Positions 10,035-20,447 of a stretch of DNA of 64,000 nucleotides are shown here, in pieces (within the stretch, counting starts at the first letter, position 1; each line of letters opens with the position of its first letter). The notes beneath the pieces were generated by a model. The model worked only from the letters and a program-made list of their open reading frames with translations. It had not been told where the DNA came from and did no database searches. Source of the DNA: an uncultured Pseudomonadales bacterium (GTDB lineage: Bacteria > Patescibacteriota > Microgenomatia > UBA1400 > MFAQ01); assembly GCA_964487665.1 (NCBI GenBank), contig CAZARR010000002.1, positions 8,597-72,596 on the forward strand. Reading direction: 5' to 3'. Both the position numbers and the translations under genes were made by a program.

Positions 10035-10655
10035 CTAGTTCTTCTCTTTTCTAGATTTTAGATATTCCCACCCAATTGGCAACACTGAAATTAACACAAT
10101 CACCATCACAGTATAGTGAAAATTGTCCTTAATCACTGGGATCCTACCAAAGAAATAACCCGACAACAAAAATAGAGTCACCCAGACAACACCCCCCAAC
10201 AAGTTAAAACCTAAAAAAATTCGATAGGACATCGTCCCCACCCCAGCCACAAAGGGAGCAAAGGTCCTGACAATCGGAACAAATCTTGCCAATACAATCG
10301 CTTTCCCGCCGTGTTTTTCATAAAACTTCTGGGCCTTTTCCAAGTATTCCCTTTTCAACATCCTATAATTCATTTCAAACGCTTTCGGGCCAATGTAATT
10401 CCCTATCCAATAGTTAACGGTATCTCCCAAAAAAGCCGCCACAATCAACACCAGCCACAACACCCCCATGTTCAAACCACCTCCGGCCGCTATAGCACCC
10501 GCAGCAAAAATTAGCGAATCGCCAGGTAAAAAAGGAGTAATCACCAGCCCCGTTTCCATAAAAACTATCGCCCAAAGAATCAGGTACACCAAAGCACCAT
10601 ACTGCTCAGTTATCATTAACAAATTCCTGTCGATGTGCAACACAAAGTCAACCAT
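10035..10655 (-). CDS. dedA: DedA family membrane protein
   Basis: ETGL..PFLPGDSL, GDTVNYWIG, ARFVPIVRTFAPFVAG; ATG 10655 preferred over TTG 10661. Confidence 0.93.
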   Translation of the reverse strand: MVDFVLHIDRNLLMITEQYGALVYLILWAIVFMETGLVITPFLPGDSLIFAAGAIAAGGGLNMGVLWLVLIVAAFLGDTVNYWIGNYIGPKAFEMNYRMLKREYLEKAQKFYEKHGGKAIVLARFVPIVRTFAPFVAGVGTMSYRIFLGFNLLGGVVWVTLFLLSGYFFGRIPVIKDNFHYTVMVIVLISVLPIGWEYLKSRKEKN

Positions 10656-10670
10656 AGACAAATCATTCTA

Positions 10671-12377
10671 TCACCCAATCCGACCAATCAGTTTTGCCTC
10701 GTCAAGTGATGTCGCCTGTGTAACGTCTTTGTCGTCTCTGATGCGAACTAACCTCGGAAAGCGCAGGGCCCACCCGGCGGTATGTATCGGACTCTTGGTA
10801 ATCTCATCAGCTGCCACCTCAACCACTATCTTTGGTACAACCCAAACATCAGGACTCAAGTTATCATTTACATAATAATTGACAGGCTTATCTTTAGTAG
10901 CAAGTTTTTCCAATACTGAATTCAATTTATTAAACAGTTCGTCTGACACACCGGTTCCAACCTTAGCAATTGTCAACAACCTCTCTCCATCCACCAATCC
11001 GACCAGAAAAGATCCCAAGCCAAAACGAGACCTCTTTCCCTTTCCTCGATAGTAACCCATTATCACCAAATCCAAGGTGTCCAACAATTTCCCCGTCGTC
11101 CCCTCTGCCTCTTTTATCTTCACCCAATTCCAGCCTTGTCTACCCGGCAGATAGGCCCCACCCCCCTGCTTTATCACAGCACCCTCATATCCTTCAGACA
11201 AAAATGACTCATGTAGTCTTTTTAATTCTCTCCAGTCGTCAACGATGTATTTATTATTTACTACGAAAATATCGTTTTTTGTAATCACCATCTCCAATAA
11301 CTTCCGCCTTTTCACATAAGGTAGCCGCAAAAGTTCATCACCGTTCAAATACAAAACATCAAAAATATAAAATCGCAGCGGAAGTTCAACAGAATATTTT
11401 TTAATTTCATGTTTCCTCTTTCGCTTGATAGTTTCCTGAAATGGTAATGTTTTGCCTGTTTGAGCGTTTATCCCGATTGCCTCAGAATCAAAGATCACAC
11501 TATCTCCACTAAAATATTTAGCCAATTCCAACAACTCAGGAAACATGTTGGTGGAATCCTCCAAATTTCTGGTGAAGGCTTTTATTGTATTTGACCCCCT
11601 GTCGAAATGTATTTGTACTCGCGTCCCATCAAACTTTTGCTCAACTCCCACTACTCCCATTTTTTCGATAATCTCTTTAGGCGAATTCAAACGTTGGCAC
11701 AATGCCGGGTCAACCGGTACTCCCACCGTTACTTTAATTTCTTTTTTAGCCTTTTCAATACCCTTCAATAATACTTTTTTTGTTAACAATCCTATATCAG
11801 GGCAGATCTGGAACATTTCTTCTAAACTACGCGCCGCCGACTTATCTCCTTTTATTATCACCGAAAGCACATCAATTATTGTTTTTTCCGAAAATCCCAA
11901 CCTCAACTTTCCCAACACCATTCTTGTAGTGAGTTTTATTCCAGACCCATCCATACATCTATAAAGTGCTACCAGTGCGGTAATCTTCCGATCCTGACTA
12001 CCCTGACCTCCATCAACAGCCAAACGACGAAGGCATTCATATGCCTCTCGCACACTAATTTCTTTTTCTATCGTCACCTTCCCCAGCGCATTTACCACCA
12101 CCTCACCCAGGTCACCTATTCTTTTGTAATCAACCCAGACTTTTTCAATACTATTTCCGGTTCTCCCTGCAATCGCCCTAGCCACCATTTTTTCAGCCAT
12201 ATTAAACTCGACATTATCAAAACGCGGCCCCAGTCGACCAAGCATCAAGTAAATAGCCTCACGGACCTCGTCTTCCCCCAGATCACCAATCAATTGAACC
12301 AGCTGATCAGTAATATTCAGACGTGAGCTTTCTGCTTCCAATTTTATCAGCCGCTTACAAAAATCACTGTATTTCAT
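10671..12377 (-). CDS. ATP-dependent DNA ligase with N-terminal DNA-binding domain
   Basis: Motif I EQKFDGTR, IFDSE, FDVLY, EGAVIK, WVKIK, DLVIMG, LRFPRLVRIRDDK. Confidence 0.94.
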   Translation of the reverse strand: MKYSDFCKRLIKLEAESSRLNITDQLVQLIGDLGEDEVREAIYLMLGRLGPRFDNVEFNMAEKMVARAIAGRTGNSIEKVWVDYKRIGDLGEVVVNALGKVTIEKEISVREAYECLRRLAVDGGQGSQDRKITALVALYRCMDGSGIKLTTRMVLGKLRLGFSEKTIIDVLSVIIKGDKSAARSLEEMFQICPDIGLLTKKVLLKGIEKAKKEIKVTVGVPVDPALCQRLNSPKEIIEKMGVVGVEQKFDGTRVQIHFDRGSNTIKAFTRNLEDSTNMFPELLELAKYFSGDSVIFDSEAIGINAQTGKTLPFQETIKRKRKHEIKKYSVELPLRFYIFDVLYLNGDELLRLPYVKRRKLLEMVITKNDIFVVNNKYIVDDWRELKRLHESFLSEGYEGAVIKQGGGAYLPGRQGWNWVKIKEAEGTTGKLLDTLDLVIMGYYRGKGKRSRFGLGSFLVGLVDGERLLTIAKVGTGVSDELFNKLNSVLEKLATKDKPVNYYVNDNLSPDVWVVPKIVVEVAADEITKSPIHTAGWALRFPRLVRIRDDKDVTQATSLDEAKLIGRIG

Positions 12378-13432
12378 ATTAGTTTTCCTGTATACAGATA
12401 TACGACCCCTTTTGTTTTACCCTTCTTCTTGATAAATTTTTTCTCCGTCAAATTCTTTAGATCCCTAAGTAGCGAATCGTCACTTAGATGCGGAAACCAA
12501 GTACGTGCAGTGTGAATGTCCACGTGTCCTGTTTGTTTGATATTTTCAAGTAATACGCACTGTCTTTCCGTCAGCCCCGCTCTTTGCTGTTTCAGTTCTA
12601 GCCTTCGCCGTACACGATCCATTTCCCGAACTTTCATCAATAGAGCATGCGCCTCTTCCCGCAAAGCCTCACAATATATTTTCAAATAGTCGCCATAGTC
12701 ACCGCTTGCGGTAGTCGTCAATGCCTGCCTCAACTCAATGTTTTTTCCCTCCAAAACATCCTCTGCACAAAACATTACCATTGCTTTTAATTCCATTGTT
12801 CTCATACAACCCCACGACAGCACTTGCGCAAGCTGAATGTTTCCATCAGTAAAAGGCTGCACCCTCAATATTTCGGCCCTTACAATTCCCGAAAGTAATA
12901 TTTTATTTACCCTCGAACGAACATCAATTTCACTTACCCACCGAAACAAATCTTCCATATGGTAGGACACCTCTATCGATGGGACACCAACCACATTCCC
13001 AAAGTTTATTTCAACCTCTCTAAAAACACCCAACACATGAGAGGGAAGGACCCTCTCTCCCAACAAACAATGCAAATCCGACATAAACTTTCGCGTAAAC
13101 CATTTTAACCAACCGCCACTTCGGTTCGACATCAACATTCTATCTATCAAGGCCAAACCTCGAAAATAATTACCTATCAGCTGCAGCTGATCACTTTGCG
13201 TAAAGGAATCGCGGGCTATTTTCCTTGTTAACACTTCGGCCACCTCACGGCTGGTTATGTTTAGACCTGCTTGCTTTAGCCCGAACAATACTCTTCTACG
13301 ATTCGCGTCTTCTGCCATCTTATCTTTCCAGGGGTCTGGAATTTCTGTTACTTCTATTGTTGCCAAACTTACTTCAATTTCTATCAAATTTGCCAGCATC
13401 TCATCATCAATGATGTATTTCGGGTTAAACAT
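12374..13432 (-). CDS. Fic-domain protein with degenerate motif and C-terminal DeoR-like wHTH
   Basis: QPFTDGNIQLA in place of HPFxDGNGRxxR; C-terminal SDDSLLRDLKNL..K..IKKKGKTKG. Confidence 0.75.
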   Translation of the reverse strand: MFNPKYIIDDEMLANLIEIEVSLATIEVTEIPDPWKDKMAEDANRRRVLFGLKQAGLNITSREVAEVLTRKIARDSFTQSDQLQLIGNYFRGLALIDRMLMSNRSGGWLKWFTRKFMSDLHCLLGERVLPSHVLGVFREVEINFGNVVGVPSIEVSYHMEDLFRWVSEIDVRSRVNKILLSGIVRAEILRVQPFTDGNIQLAQVLSWGCMRTMELKAMVMFCAEDVLEGKNIELRQALTTTASGDYGDYLKIYCEALREEAHALLMKVREMDRVRRRLELKQQRAGLTERQCVLLENIKQTGHVDIHTARTWFPHLSDDSLLRDLKNLTEKKFIKKKGKTKGVVYLYTGKLI

Positions 13433-14306
13433 GGTTATTATCCTTGTTCATTATTTTACCGAACTCAATAGGTACCTGTTGAGCCAAATCGTCGCTGTTG
13501 AACATAGACCCAACCCTATGCCCCAAACTCTCCGACGCCGCTTTGACCAAATAAACAGCCGACGATAACGCTATTACGGTATCATTCTGAACCCACAAAC
13601 CCGCCACTAAACCAGCGATCAAATCTCCCGTCCCTCCCTTTATCAACCCAGGGTGGCCTCCTGATATTTTTACCACCCTGTTCTTATCTACCACCAAAGC
13701 ATCTTGATCCTTACAAAGAATTATTAACTCGTATTTACGTGATAATTTCGATAATATACTCGCCCTCCTCCCAATGTCTGCAGGCAACGCAAACCCGAAC
13801 AACATTTCGAACTCTTTAAAGTTTGGCGTAATAACTGCACCGTGGGGAATCTCCTCGGGCGATACCACCTGCAGTGCTCCCCCATCAACTACTAACTTTT
13901 GTTCCCTCTTCAATTTACCAAACAAACCCAAAACTACTTTTCTAGTATCACTACCTGCCTCATCACAAACGACACCATCCTTTTCGTAATGATTTCGCTT
14001 CATCCCCGGCCCAACTAGAATTACCTCCGATTTCGCAATGTAATCCGCCATTTCATCCCGATCTATCCAAATAAAATTGGACAATTGACTTTTTAGTCTA
14101 TCCACTACACCCTTATCTGCCTTTGGCGTGGCGAAATAAACCATACTCACCACTCGAGAAGCTGCCTTCAATGCCAAAATGGGGGCCCCATGAAACAAAT
14201 CGCTACCGCCAACAATAGTTAGCTGTCCAACATCATACTTTGTCGAATCAACCCTAGGCGTCCAAAGTGAAGCAATTAATCGAAGATCAAAATTTTCAAC
14301 ATTCAC
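13425..14306 (-). CDS. nnrD: ADP-dependent NAD(P)H-hydrate dehydratase
   Basis: KYDVG..IVGGS..FHGA, VGPGM, VVDGGAL, ITPNFKEF, GGTGDLIAG. Confidence 0.88.
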   Translation of the reverse strand: MNVENFDLRLIASLWTPRVDSTKYDVGQLTIVGGSDLFHGAPILALKAASRVVSMVYFATPKADKGVVDRLKSQLSNFIWIDRDEMADYIAKSEVILVGPGMKRNHYEKDGVVCDEAGSDTRKVVLGLFGKLKREQKLVVDGGALQVVSPEEIPHGAVITPNFKEFEMLFGFALPADIGRRASILSKLSRKYELIILCKDQDALVVDKNRVVKISGGHPGLIKGGTGDLIAGLVAGLWVQNDTVIALSSAVYLVKAASESLGHRVGSMFNSDDLAQQVPIEFGKIMNKDNNHV

Positions 14307-15328
14307 ACCTTGATTATCCTTTCCGGCAAAAAGTTGTCAACCACAAGCTCCTCGGCAGATGTGACAATAAGTTGCCTGTCTTTCATCAACATTATCACCT
14401 CGCTTCGATGTGAGGCATCCAACTCAGAGAAAATGTCATCCAACATTAACAAACATTTTCGCCCCAATGCTCTCTCGATGTGATCTATTTCTGCTAGTTT
14501 AATTGCCAAAACTGCCATTCTCTGTTCACCCCTTGACCCAAATGTCGCCAAATCAATATCTTTACCCAACACCAAAAAGTCGTCCTTGTGCGGCCCAACT
14601 AAAGTGTGTCCCAACAGTATTTCCACCTCCCTATGCTTATACAGCCTATTGTTATCAATTAGGTTGGGTTGGTACACAAGCCTTGTTTTTTCAAGGTGAA
14701 TATCTTGGGTTAAATACATATTGATTCCCTGTATCGCCACAGTTCTACCTTCCTGAATTAATTTCCCGTGTTTTATCAGTAACTCATCCCAAAAAGCCAG
14801 AACCTCAACCTTGTTTTTTCCATCCCGAATACTGCCCAGTAGTTTATTTCTTTGTCGAAGAGCCTTCTCGTAAACCAAAACACTTCGTGCATAGTTCCAA
14901 CTTCCACTTATTATCAAATGATCCAAAAACCGCCTTCTCACATCAGGACCATCACTGATTAGGCCCATATCTTCCGGCCTAAAGATTACACACCCCAGCA
15001 TACCCATGTAGTCCCGACGCAGCTTATATGCTCCATCGACCCTCAATCTAGTGGAAACACCAGAAATTGTTACCCCAAGATCAACCTCAACACCACCCTC
15101 TGTCCCAACCACTCCCTCAACAATAGATACCTTTTCACCTGAGGATATTACCTCCCGAAGTTTATATGCCTTAAAGCTTCTACCTGTTGCCAAAAAATAA
15201 ATTGACTCAAGAATGTTTGTTTTTCCTCTCCCATTCCCTCCCAATATCAGATTAATCCGGGGAGAAAAATCCATCTCCAAGTGACTGTGATTACGAAAAT
15301 TAGTTAATTTTATTTTTTTTAATATCAT
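14303..15328 (-). CDS. recF: DNA replication/repair protein RecF
   Basis: NFRN, GGNGRGKTNILESI, RRRFLD, GPHKDD, GSRGEQR, LDDIFSELD; ATG 15328 overlaps the mutM stop. Confidence 0.95.
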   Translation of the reverse strand: MILKKIKLTNFRNHSHLEMDFSPRINLILGGNGRGKTNILESIYFLATGRSFKAYKLREVISSGEKVSIVEGVVGTEGGVEVDLGVTISGVSTRLRVDGAYKLRRDYMGMLGCVIFRPEDMGLISDGPDVRRRFLDHLIISGSWNYARSVLVYEKALRQRNKLLGSIRDGKNKVEVLAFWDELLIKHGKLIQEGRTVAIQGINMYLTQDIHLEKTRLVYQPNLIDNNRLYKHREVEILLGHTLVGPHKDDFLVLGKDIDLATFGSRGEQRMAVLAIKLAEIDHIERALGRKCLLMLDDIFSELDASHRSEVIMLMKDRQLIVTSAEELVVDNFLPERIIKV

Positions 15329-16179
15329 CTCTGGCACTTCTCACATACATAGGTCCCTCTCCCCCCCAATTGAAACTTAATTATTTTGTTATTACAAACC
15401 TTGCACAACTGACCATCGCGGGAATATACCAAAAAGTTATCTTGATAGCTTCCCCCCATTCCATCCAAATTTACGTATTTGTGATCTACTGCAGTTGCCC
15501 CACCCATTCTTATTCCCAATTCGATGACTCTACGCAAGTTAACGCATAGGGCCTCCACCTCCTGTCTCTTCAGTGACCTAGCTTTTCTTCTCGGATCAAT
15601 TTTGGCCCCAAACAACGCGTCGTTTGCATAGATATTTCCTACTCCACCAATCTTTGTGTTATCCATCAATACCACTTTTACCGCACGACTACTTGCCATT
15701 AATATTTTTTGTAGGTACATACTACTAAATGTTTCATCCGTTACATCTGGTGGTTTACTACTAAACAGCTCCTCAGCTTGGCTTCTATCTATCAATCTTA
15801 CATAGCCAAAAACCCTCATGTCATTAAAGTACAAGACGGTGCCATCATTAAATGTCACCACCAATCGGGTGTGCCTGTTTGGAAGCTGAGCGACCCAATC
15901 TGGGCTGGGGTGTCCCCCGGCAAATCTCTTTAATCCTTCGATAAATATTAACTGACCGGTCATCTTTAAGTGAATTATCAGTACCCGCTCACTTACATCA
16001 AACCTCACAATTAGCTGCTTACCTTTCCTTTCCACTTCCACAATTCTCTTCGCACCCAACCACTCTTTATCACCCGAAAACGATTTTTCCCGCAATATTT
16101 CGATACCCTTTATCGTTCGCCCGACAACTAATTTATTAAGTTGTCTTTTAATAGTCTCTACCTCCGGAAGTTCAGGCAT
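15325..16179 (-). CDS. mutM: formamidopyrimidine-DNA glycosylase
   Basis: MPELPEVET, RKGK, HLKMTG, GVGNIYAND, C-terminal CxxC..GRGTYVCxxCQ zinc finger. Confidence 0.96.
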   Translation of the reverse strand: MPELPEVETIKRQLNKLVVGRTIKGIEILREKSFSGDKEWLGAKRIVEVERKGKQLIVRFDVSERVLIIHLKMTGQLIFIEGLKRFAGGHPSPDWVAQLPNRHTRLVVTFNDGTVLYFNDMRVFGYVRLIDRSQAEELFSSKPPDVTDETFSSMYLQKILMASSRAVKVVLMDNTKIGGVGNIYANDALFGAKIDPRRKARSLKRQEVEALCVNLRRVIELGIRMGGATAVDHKYVNLDGMGGSYQDNFLVYSRDGQLCKVCNNKIIKFQLGGRGTYVCEKCQR

Positions 16180-17299
16180 AAGTTTTTAAAGCGCAGACTT
16201 TCTTCACTATCATTCGAATTCTCTTTTCAAACGCCTTCCGATCAAAACGTAAAACACTCTTCTGAATTTCCTTCCTACTCCACTTCACTTTATTAAACTG
16301 TAATATCGCCTTCCTCAAACTATCCTCATCAGTTTGATCAACAAAAATACCACTAAACCTATCCATGACACTCTCCATAAAACCACCACCGTGTAATGCA
16401 ATTACCGGGGTTCCGGCAGACATTGCTTCCACCGGAGTCATTCCAAAATCAACCTCTTTCTCCAATGCAAAAAATCCTTTTGCCCTAGCATACAATTGAT
16501 AAAGCGAATCATCATCAACTCTACCCAACATTTCAGTGTGTGTCCCCACATGCTCACCTAACTTTTCCACGAGATTCGCTGCCCACCCAGCTGTTTCTCC
16601 CGCTATCTTTAGGGGTATCCCCAAGTTATCACAAACATTAACCGCCTCCTCAATCCCTTTTCCGCCTATTAGCCTGGCGGCTATGAAAAAAAAGTTTTCT
16701 TTCCTCACCCCTTCGGACGCCTTGATTATTCTTCTAACCTCCACAGGAGGGTATACTATCGTCGCGTCTCTTCGATAATGCTTAAATATTCTTTCTTTAA
16801 CATTCTTCGAGTTCGCAATCCAAAAATCCACCCGCCTTGAAGCAAAATAGTCAAATCTACGTAAAAAATGATTTACTACAGCAGCGTATACTCTCACTAG
16901 CCAATATCTTTGCCAGTCGATACTCGTTTGATAGCCATATAGAAACTTGGGGGGGGTGTGACAATATGCGATAACTTTAGTTTTTTTTGAAACTTTAAAT
17001 CCTCTGGCAAAATAACTTGAGCAAGATGTTATCACCAAATCATAATCTGATAAATCGAGCGATGACCAGATCAGCGGAATTAAAAACCTCAACGGACTAT
17101 AAAGCCTCCCATACTTTATCAACATTCCCCATCTACTTTCTACAATTTCCCTATCACGAAAATTTTTCTCAGCCGTAGATCCTCGTATCGAGAATGCCGT
17201 ATATATTTTTGCCCTGGGATACATATCACACAGCACCCGCAAAACTCTTTCCGCTCCTCCATATTCCTTCAAATAATCATGGACCAAAGCTATTTTCAC
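16172..17299 (-). CDS. glycosyltransferase family 4
   Basis: KIALVHDYL..YGGAERVL, YCHTPP, IANS, DFGMTPVEAMSAG. Confidence 0.9.
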   Translation of the reverse strand: MKIALVHDYLKEYGGAERVLRVLCDMYPRAKIYTAFSIRGSTAEKNFRDREIVESRWGMLIKYGRLYSPLRFLIPLIWSSLDLSDYDLVITSCSSYFARGFKVSKKTKVIAYCHTPPKFLYGYQTSIDWQRYWLVRVYAAVVNHFLRRFDYFASRRVDFWIANSKNVKERIFKHYRRDATIVYPPVEVRRIIKASEGVRKENFFFIAARLIGGKGIEEAVNVCDNLGIPLKIAGETAGWAANLVEKLGEHVGTHTEMLGRVDDDSLYQLYARAKGFFALEKEVDFGMTPVEAMSAGTPVIALHGGGFMESVMDRFSGIFVDQTDEDSLRKAILQFNKVKWSRKEIQKSVLRFDRKAFEKRIRMIVKKVCALKTYA

Positions 17300-18210
17300 G
17301 AGAAGGCCTCCATCAGTTTATCTTCCCAGTCATCTTTTGGTAATTTGTTAACCAAACTTTTAAACTCTAAATCTTGAAAAAGTTTAAGCGCCTTCCCCCT
17401 GTCATAGTCCGCCAATCTACACTTCGTTATATCAAAGTCGATTGGGACGTCCCTTTTAATCGTAACCAGCTCCTTACTTTGGTATGCCAAATCCTTACCG
17501 TCAATCAACAAACCTCGTATCCTAGGGTTGGCAACCTTATCCAGGTTCATATATATTTTATCAAGAGAAGCAAATTGGTGCATCAACTTTAACGCTGTTA
17601 CCTCCCCGATTCCCGGTACCCCCTTAACATTGTCAGATGTATCGCCCATCAACGCCTTCAGATCAATTATCTGATCAGCTCTTAGGCCATATCGTGACCT
17701 TAAATAATCCTCATCTATCAGGTCTATCTCCGCTTTTGCTTTGTTCCACCCTGTTACTGGCATATATATGACCACTTTCGTTCCGTCCAATAGCTGAAAG
17801 GAATCCCTATCACCAGTTGCAATCACTACCTGAACTTCCTTTAGTCTTTTAACTTTTTCTGTCAAGGTGCCTATAAGGTCATCCGCCTCAAACCCATCCA
17901 GACCAAACTGGGGAATATTTATCACTTCAACCACACTTTTCGCCGTATCAATTTGCTCAAACATCTCCCGCTCCATCTCCGCTCTACCAGCCTTGTACTC
18001 CTTGTATATTACGTGTCGAAAATTGCGCTTCGATACATCCCACGTTACCGCTACAAAATCTGGCTCAACCCGCTCAATTGCTGATAACAACATCGAGGAA
18101 AAGCCATACACCGCACCAACCACTTGTCCCCTCGAGGTTACCAAACCTGGAAATGCATGATAAGCTCGGTGTAACAGTGAGTTGCCATCAACCAACAAAA
18201 ACTTCTTCAT
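17296..18210 (-). CDS. stand-alone 5'-3' exonuclease / flap endonuclease (PolA N-terminal domain only)
   Basis: [48 protein letters not shown]; ends with no polymerase domain; ATG 18210 preferred. Confidence 0.9.
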   Translation of the reverse strand: MKKFLLVDGNSLLHRAYHAFPGLVTSRGQVVGAVYGFSSMLLSAIERVEPDFVAVTWDVSKRNFRHVIYKEYKAGRAEMEREMFEQIDTAKSVVEVINIPQFGLDGFEADDLIGTLTEKVKRLKEVQVVIATGDRDSFQLLDGTKVVIYMPVTGWNKAKAEIDLIDEDYLRSRYGLRADQIIDLKALMGDTSDNVKGVPGIGEVTALKLMHQFASLDKIYMNLDKVANPRIRGLLIDGKDLAYQSKELVTIKRDVPIDFDITKCRLADYDRGKALKLFQDLEFKSLVNKLPKDDWEDKLMEAFS

Positions 18211-20071
18211 GACCAACCTTTTTACCTCCCATAATTTTTTCAAACTCTTCTTGTTCAACGGTCTCAACCTCTAGTAACCGTTCAACCAATTTATCAACCT
18301 TCGCCATTTCTTTTTTTAATACTTGAAGGGACTTTTTGTAACATCTATCAATTATTGCCTTAATTTGTTTATCGACCATCCCCTGGACTTCCGGAGACAA
18401 TCTCTCCTGTTCTGAATAGGCCCGACCCCAATCAGCCATTTCCCACATTGGACCAAATGATACAGGCCCCAACTCACTCATTCCCAAATCTTCAACCATC
18501 GCTCTGGCAATCTTAGTTGCGCGCTTTATATCACTTTCGGCTCCAGCGGTCACCTCATTGAATACTAGTTTTTCCGCCGCCCGGCCTCCCAGCAGGGAAG
18601 TAATTCGATCCAGCAACTCTGATTCTGTTTGTTGGTATTTATCAGCACTTGGTTGGCTCATGGTATAGCCAAGGGCCATTCCCCTAGAAACAATACTTAC
18701 TCTGTGTATTGGATCAGTACCGATAAGCACGTGTCCGACAACGGCATGGCCAGCCTCGTGATACGCAGTCATCTTCCTTTCTAATGGACTCTGTAACCTC
18801 TTTTTTTCAGGACCCAATTTAACTCTGGTTGCCGCCTCCTCCAAATCCTCCATTTTAATTGTCGTCCTATCCATTCTTGCTGCCCGAATAGCTGCTTCGT
18901 TCAACATATTTTCCAAGTCAGCGCCAGAAAACCCAACCGTACGTCTTGCCACCTTATCCCAATCAACATCAACTTCAAACGGCTTACCCCGCGCATGAAT
19001 TGCCAATATGTCCTTCCTCCCGGCGATATCTGGCAAATCAAGAGTCACTCGCCGGTCAAACCTACCTGGCCTAACCAAAGCAGGGTCTAGAACATCAGGC
19101 CTGTTTGTTGCAGCTACCACTACTACATTATCGTTTGTTCCAAAACCATCCATTTCTACTAATATCTGATTCAATGTCTGCTCTCTCTCGTCATGTCCTC
19201 CAATAGCACCCCCAATTCCTCTTGTCCGGCCTATGGCGTCAATTTCATCAATAAAGATTATTGCTGGTGCAGCTTTTTTTGCAGTCTCAAACAGGTCTCT
19301 GACGCGACTTGCACCCACCCCAACCAACATCTCCATAAACTCACTCCCGGCCATAGAAAAAAAGGGCACACCCGCTTCGCCAGCTACTGCTTTTGCTAAC
19401 AAGGTTTTACCCACTCCCGAGGGACCGGTTAACAAAACCCCCTTCGGTGTTCGAGCTCCTACCGCCCGATATTTTTTTGAGTTCTTCAAAAAATCCACCA
19501 CCTCCTCCAGTTCTTTTTTTGCCTCGTCAACCCCTGCTACATCGCCAAACTTCACCGACTGCTTACCTTTAGAAAAAAGTTTTGCTTTGCTTTTTCCAAA
19601 ACCGAACATCATATCAACACCGCCACCCCGCTTTCGCATCAAAAAGTACATCAAAATTCCAAATCCCAAAATAGGTGCTACAAATGATATTATTCCCGCA
19701 AATGCCTTAGAAGCCAACTGCGATGAGATATCGACCTTCACTTTAGATTGGTCTATCCCCGCACGTTGCAATATACCCACCATTGTATCCGATGGCTCTT
19801 TTCGGGAAAGTTTCATTCTTTCATCGCCACCTGCATTTTTGTAATACAGTAATAACTCGTCACCCCTAACTTCTATCTTTTCGACCTTTTCTTCCTTTAT
19901 ATCGGCAAGCACCTGGGAAATATTCACGGTCTCAATGGATGCCGCACCACTAAAAAAACTTATCAGGCCCGGTAAAAATAGCAAAGAAATCAATAACCAC
20001 AACAACAGCTTTTTTATATTCAGATCAATCTGAAGTTTTACGCGTTTTTTTACTTCTTTTTTGGTTGCCAT
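18188..20071 (-). CDS. ftsH: ATP-dependent zinc metalloprotease FtsH
   Basis: Two [29 protein letters not shown]; ATG 20071 (ORF track starts at GTG 20089). Confidence 0.97.
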   Translation of the reverse strand: MATKKEVKKRVKLQIDLNIKKLLLWLLISLLFLPGLISFFSGAASIETVNISQVLADIKEEKVEKIEVRGDELLLYYKNAGGDERMKLSRKEPSDTMVGILQRAGIDQSKVKVDISSQLASKAFAGIISFVAPILGFGILMYFLMRKRGGGVDMMFGFGKSKAKLFSKGKQSVKFGDVAGVDEAKKELEEVVDFLKNSKKYRAVGARTPKGVLLTGPSGVGKTLLAKAVAGEAGVPFFSMAGSEFMEMLVGVGASRVRDLFETAKKAAPAIIFIDEIDAIGRTRGIGGAIGGHDEREQTLNQILVEMDGFGTNDNVVVVAATNRPDVLDPALVRPGRFDRRVTLDLPDIAGRKDILAIHARGKPFEVDVDWDKVARRTVGFSGADLENMLNEAAIRAARMDRTTIKMEDLEEAATRVKLGPEKKRLQSPLERKMTAYHEAGHAVVGHVLIGTDPIHRVSIVSRGMALGYTMSQPSADKYQQTESELLDRITSLLGGRAAEKLVFNEVTAGAESDIKRATKIARAMVEDLGMSELGPVSFGPMWEMADWGRAYSEQERLSPEVQGMVDKQIKAIIDRCYKKSLQVLKKEMAKVDKLVERLLEVETVEQEEFEKIMGGKKVGHEEVFVG

Positions 20072-20089
20072 ACTTTCAAAAATATCCAC

Positions 20090-20446
20090 CTATCTTACCA
20101 CGGTGCCATTCCCAACTGGTTCATTCAAAGGTATGGATGTTGGTCTCTGTTTATCAGCGGGGTTACTGTTGACTGTGTCAGCCATCAACATCATCCCCTG
20201 ACTTTCTTCCTCACCCATCTTCTTTGGGGTCATGTTAATCAAAAAAATAAATTGCTTTCCTATAAAATCTTCCTCTTTGTACCACTTTCTAACGCCAGAA
20301 AAAATAATTCGGATCCCCACTTCGATCCCAAAATCCACTTCAAATCGTAAAAGTTTGTTACTCCACTTGGGCACTTCAACTTTGACTACTTTTCCCACTC
20401 GAAGGTCAAGTTTCTCAAAATCTGTGTAACTTACTACCGCCTTCAT
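20090..20446 (-). CDS. stand-alone tRNA-binding OB-fold protein (Trbp111/CsaA/MetRS C-terminal-like)
   Basis: DFEKLDLRVGKV, KLL..VDFG, N..PKKM...SQGMML. Confidence 0.85.
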   Translation of the reverse strand: MKAVVSYTDFEKLDLRVGKVVKVEVPKWSNKLLRFEVDFGIEVGIRIIFSGVRKWYKEEDFIGKQFIFLINMTPKKMGEEESQGMMLMADTVNSNPADKQRPTSIPLNEPVGNGTVVR

Positions 20447-20447
20447 C

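Noticed and set aside
17296-18210. polA pseudogene
   Set aside because: Nuclease motifs are complete, the stop is coupled to the next gene and no polymerase remnant follows.
19233-19844. Long antisense ORFs (also 54299-54901, 8833-9291, 60014-60496)
   Set aside because: Shadows of well-supported genes with no motifs of their own.
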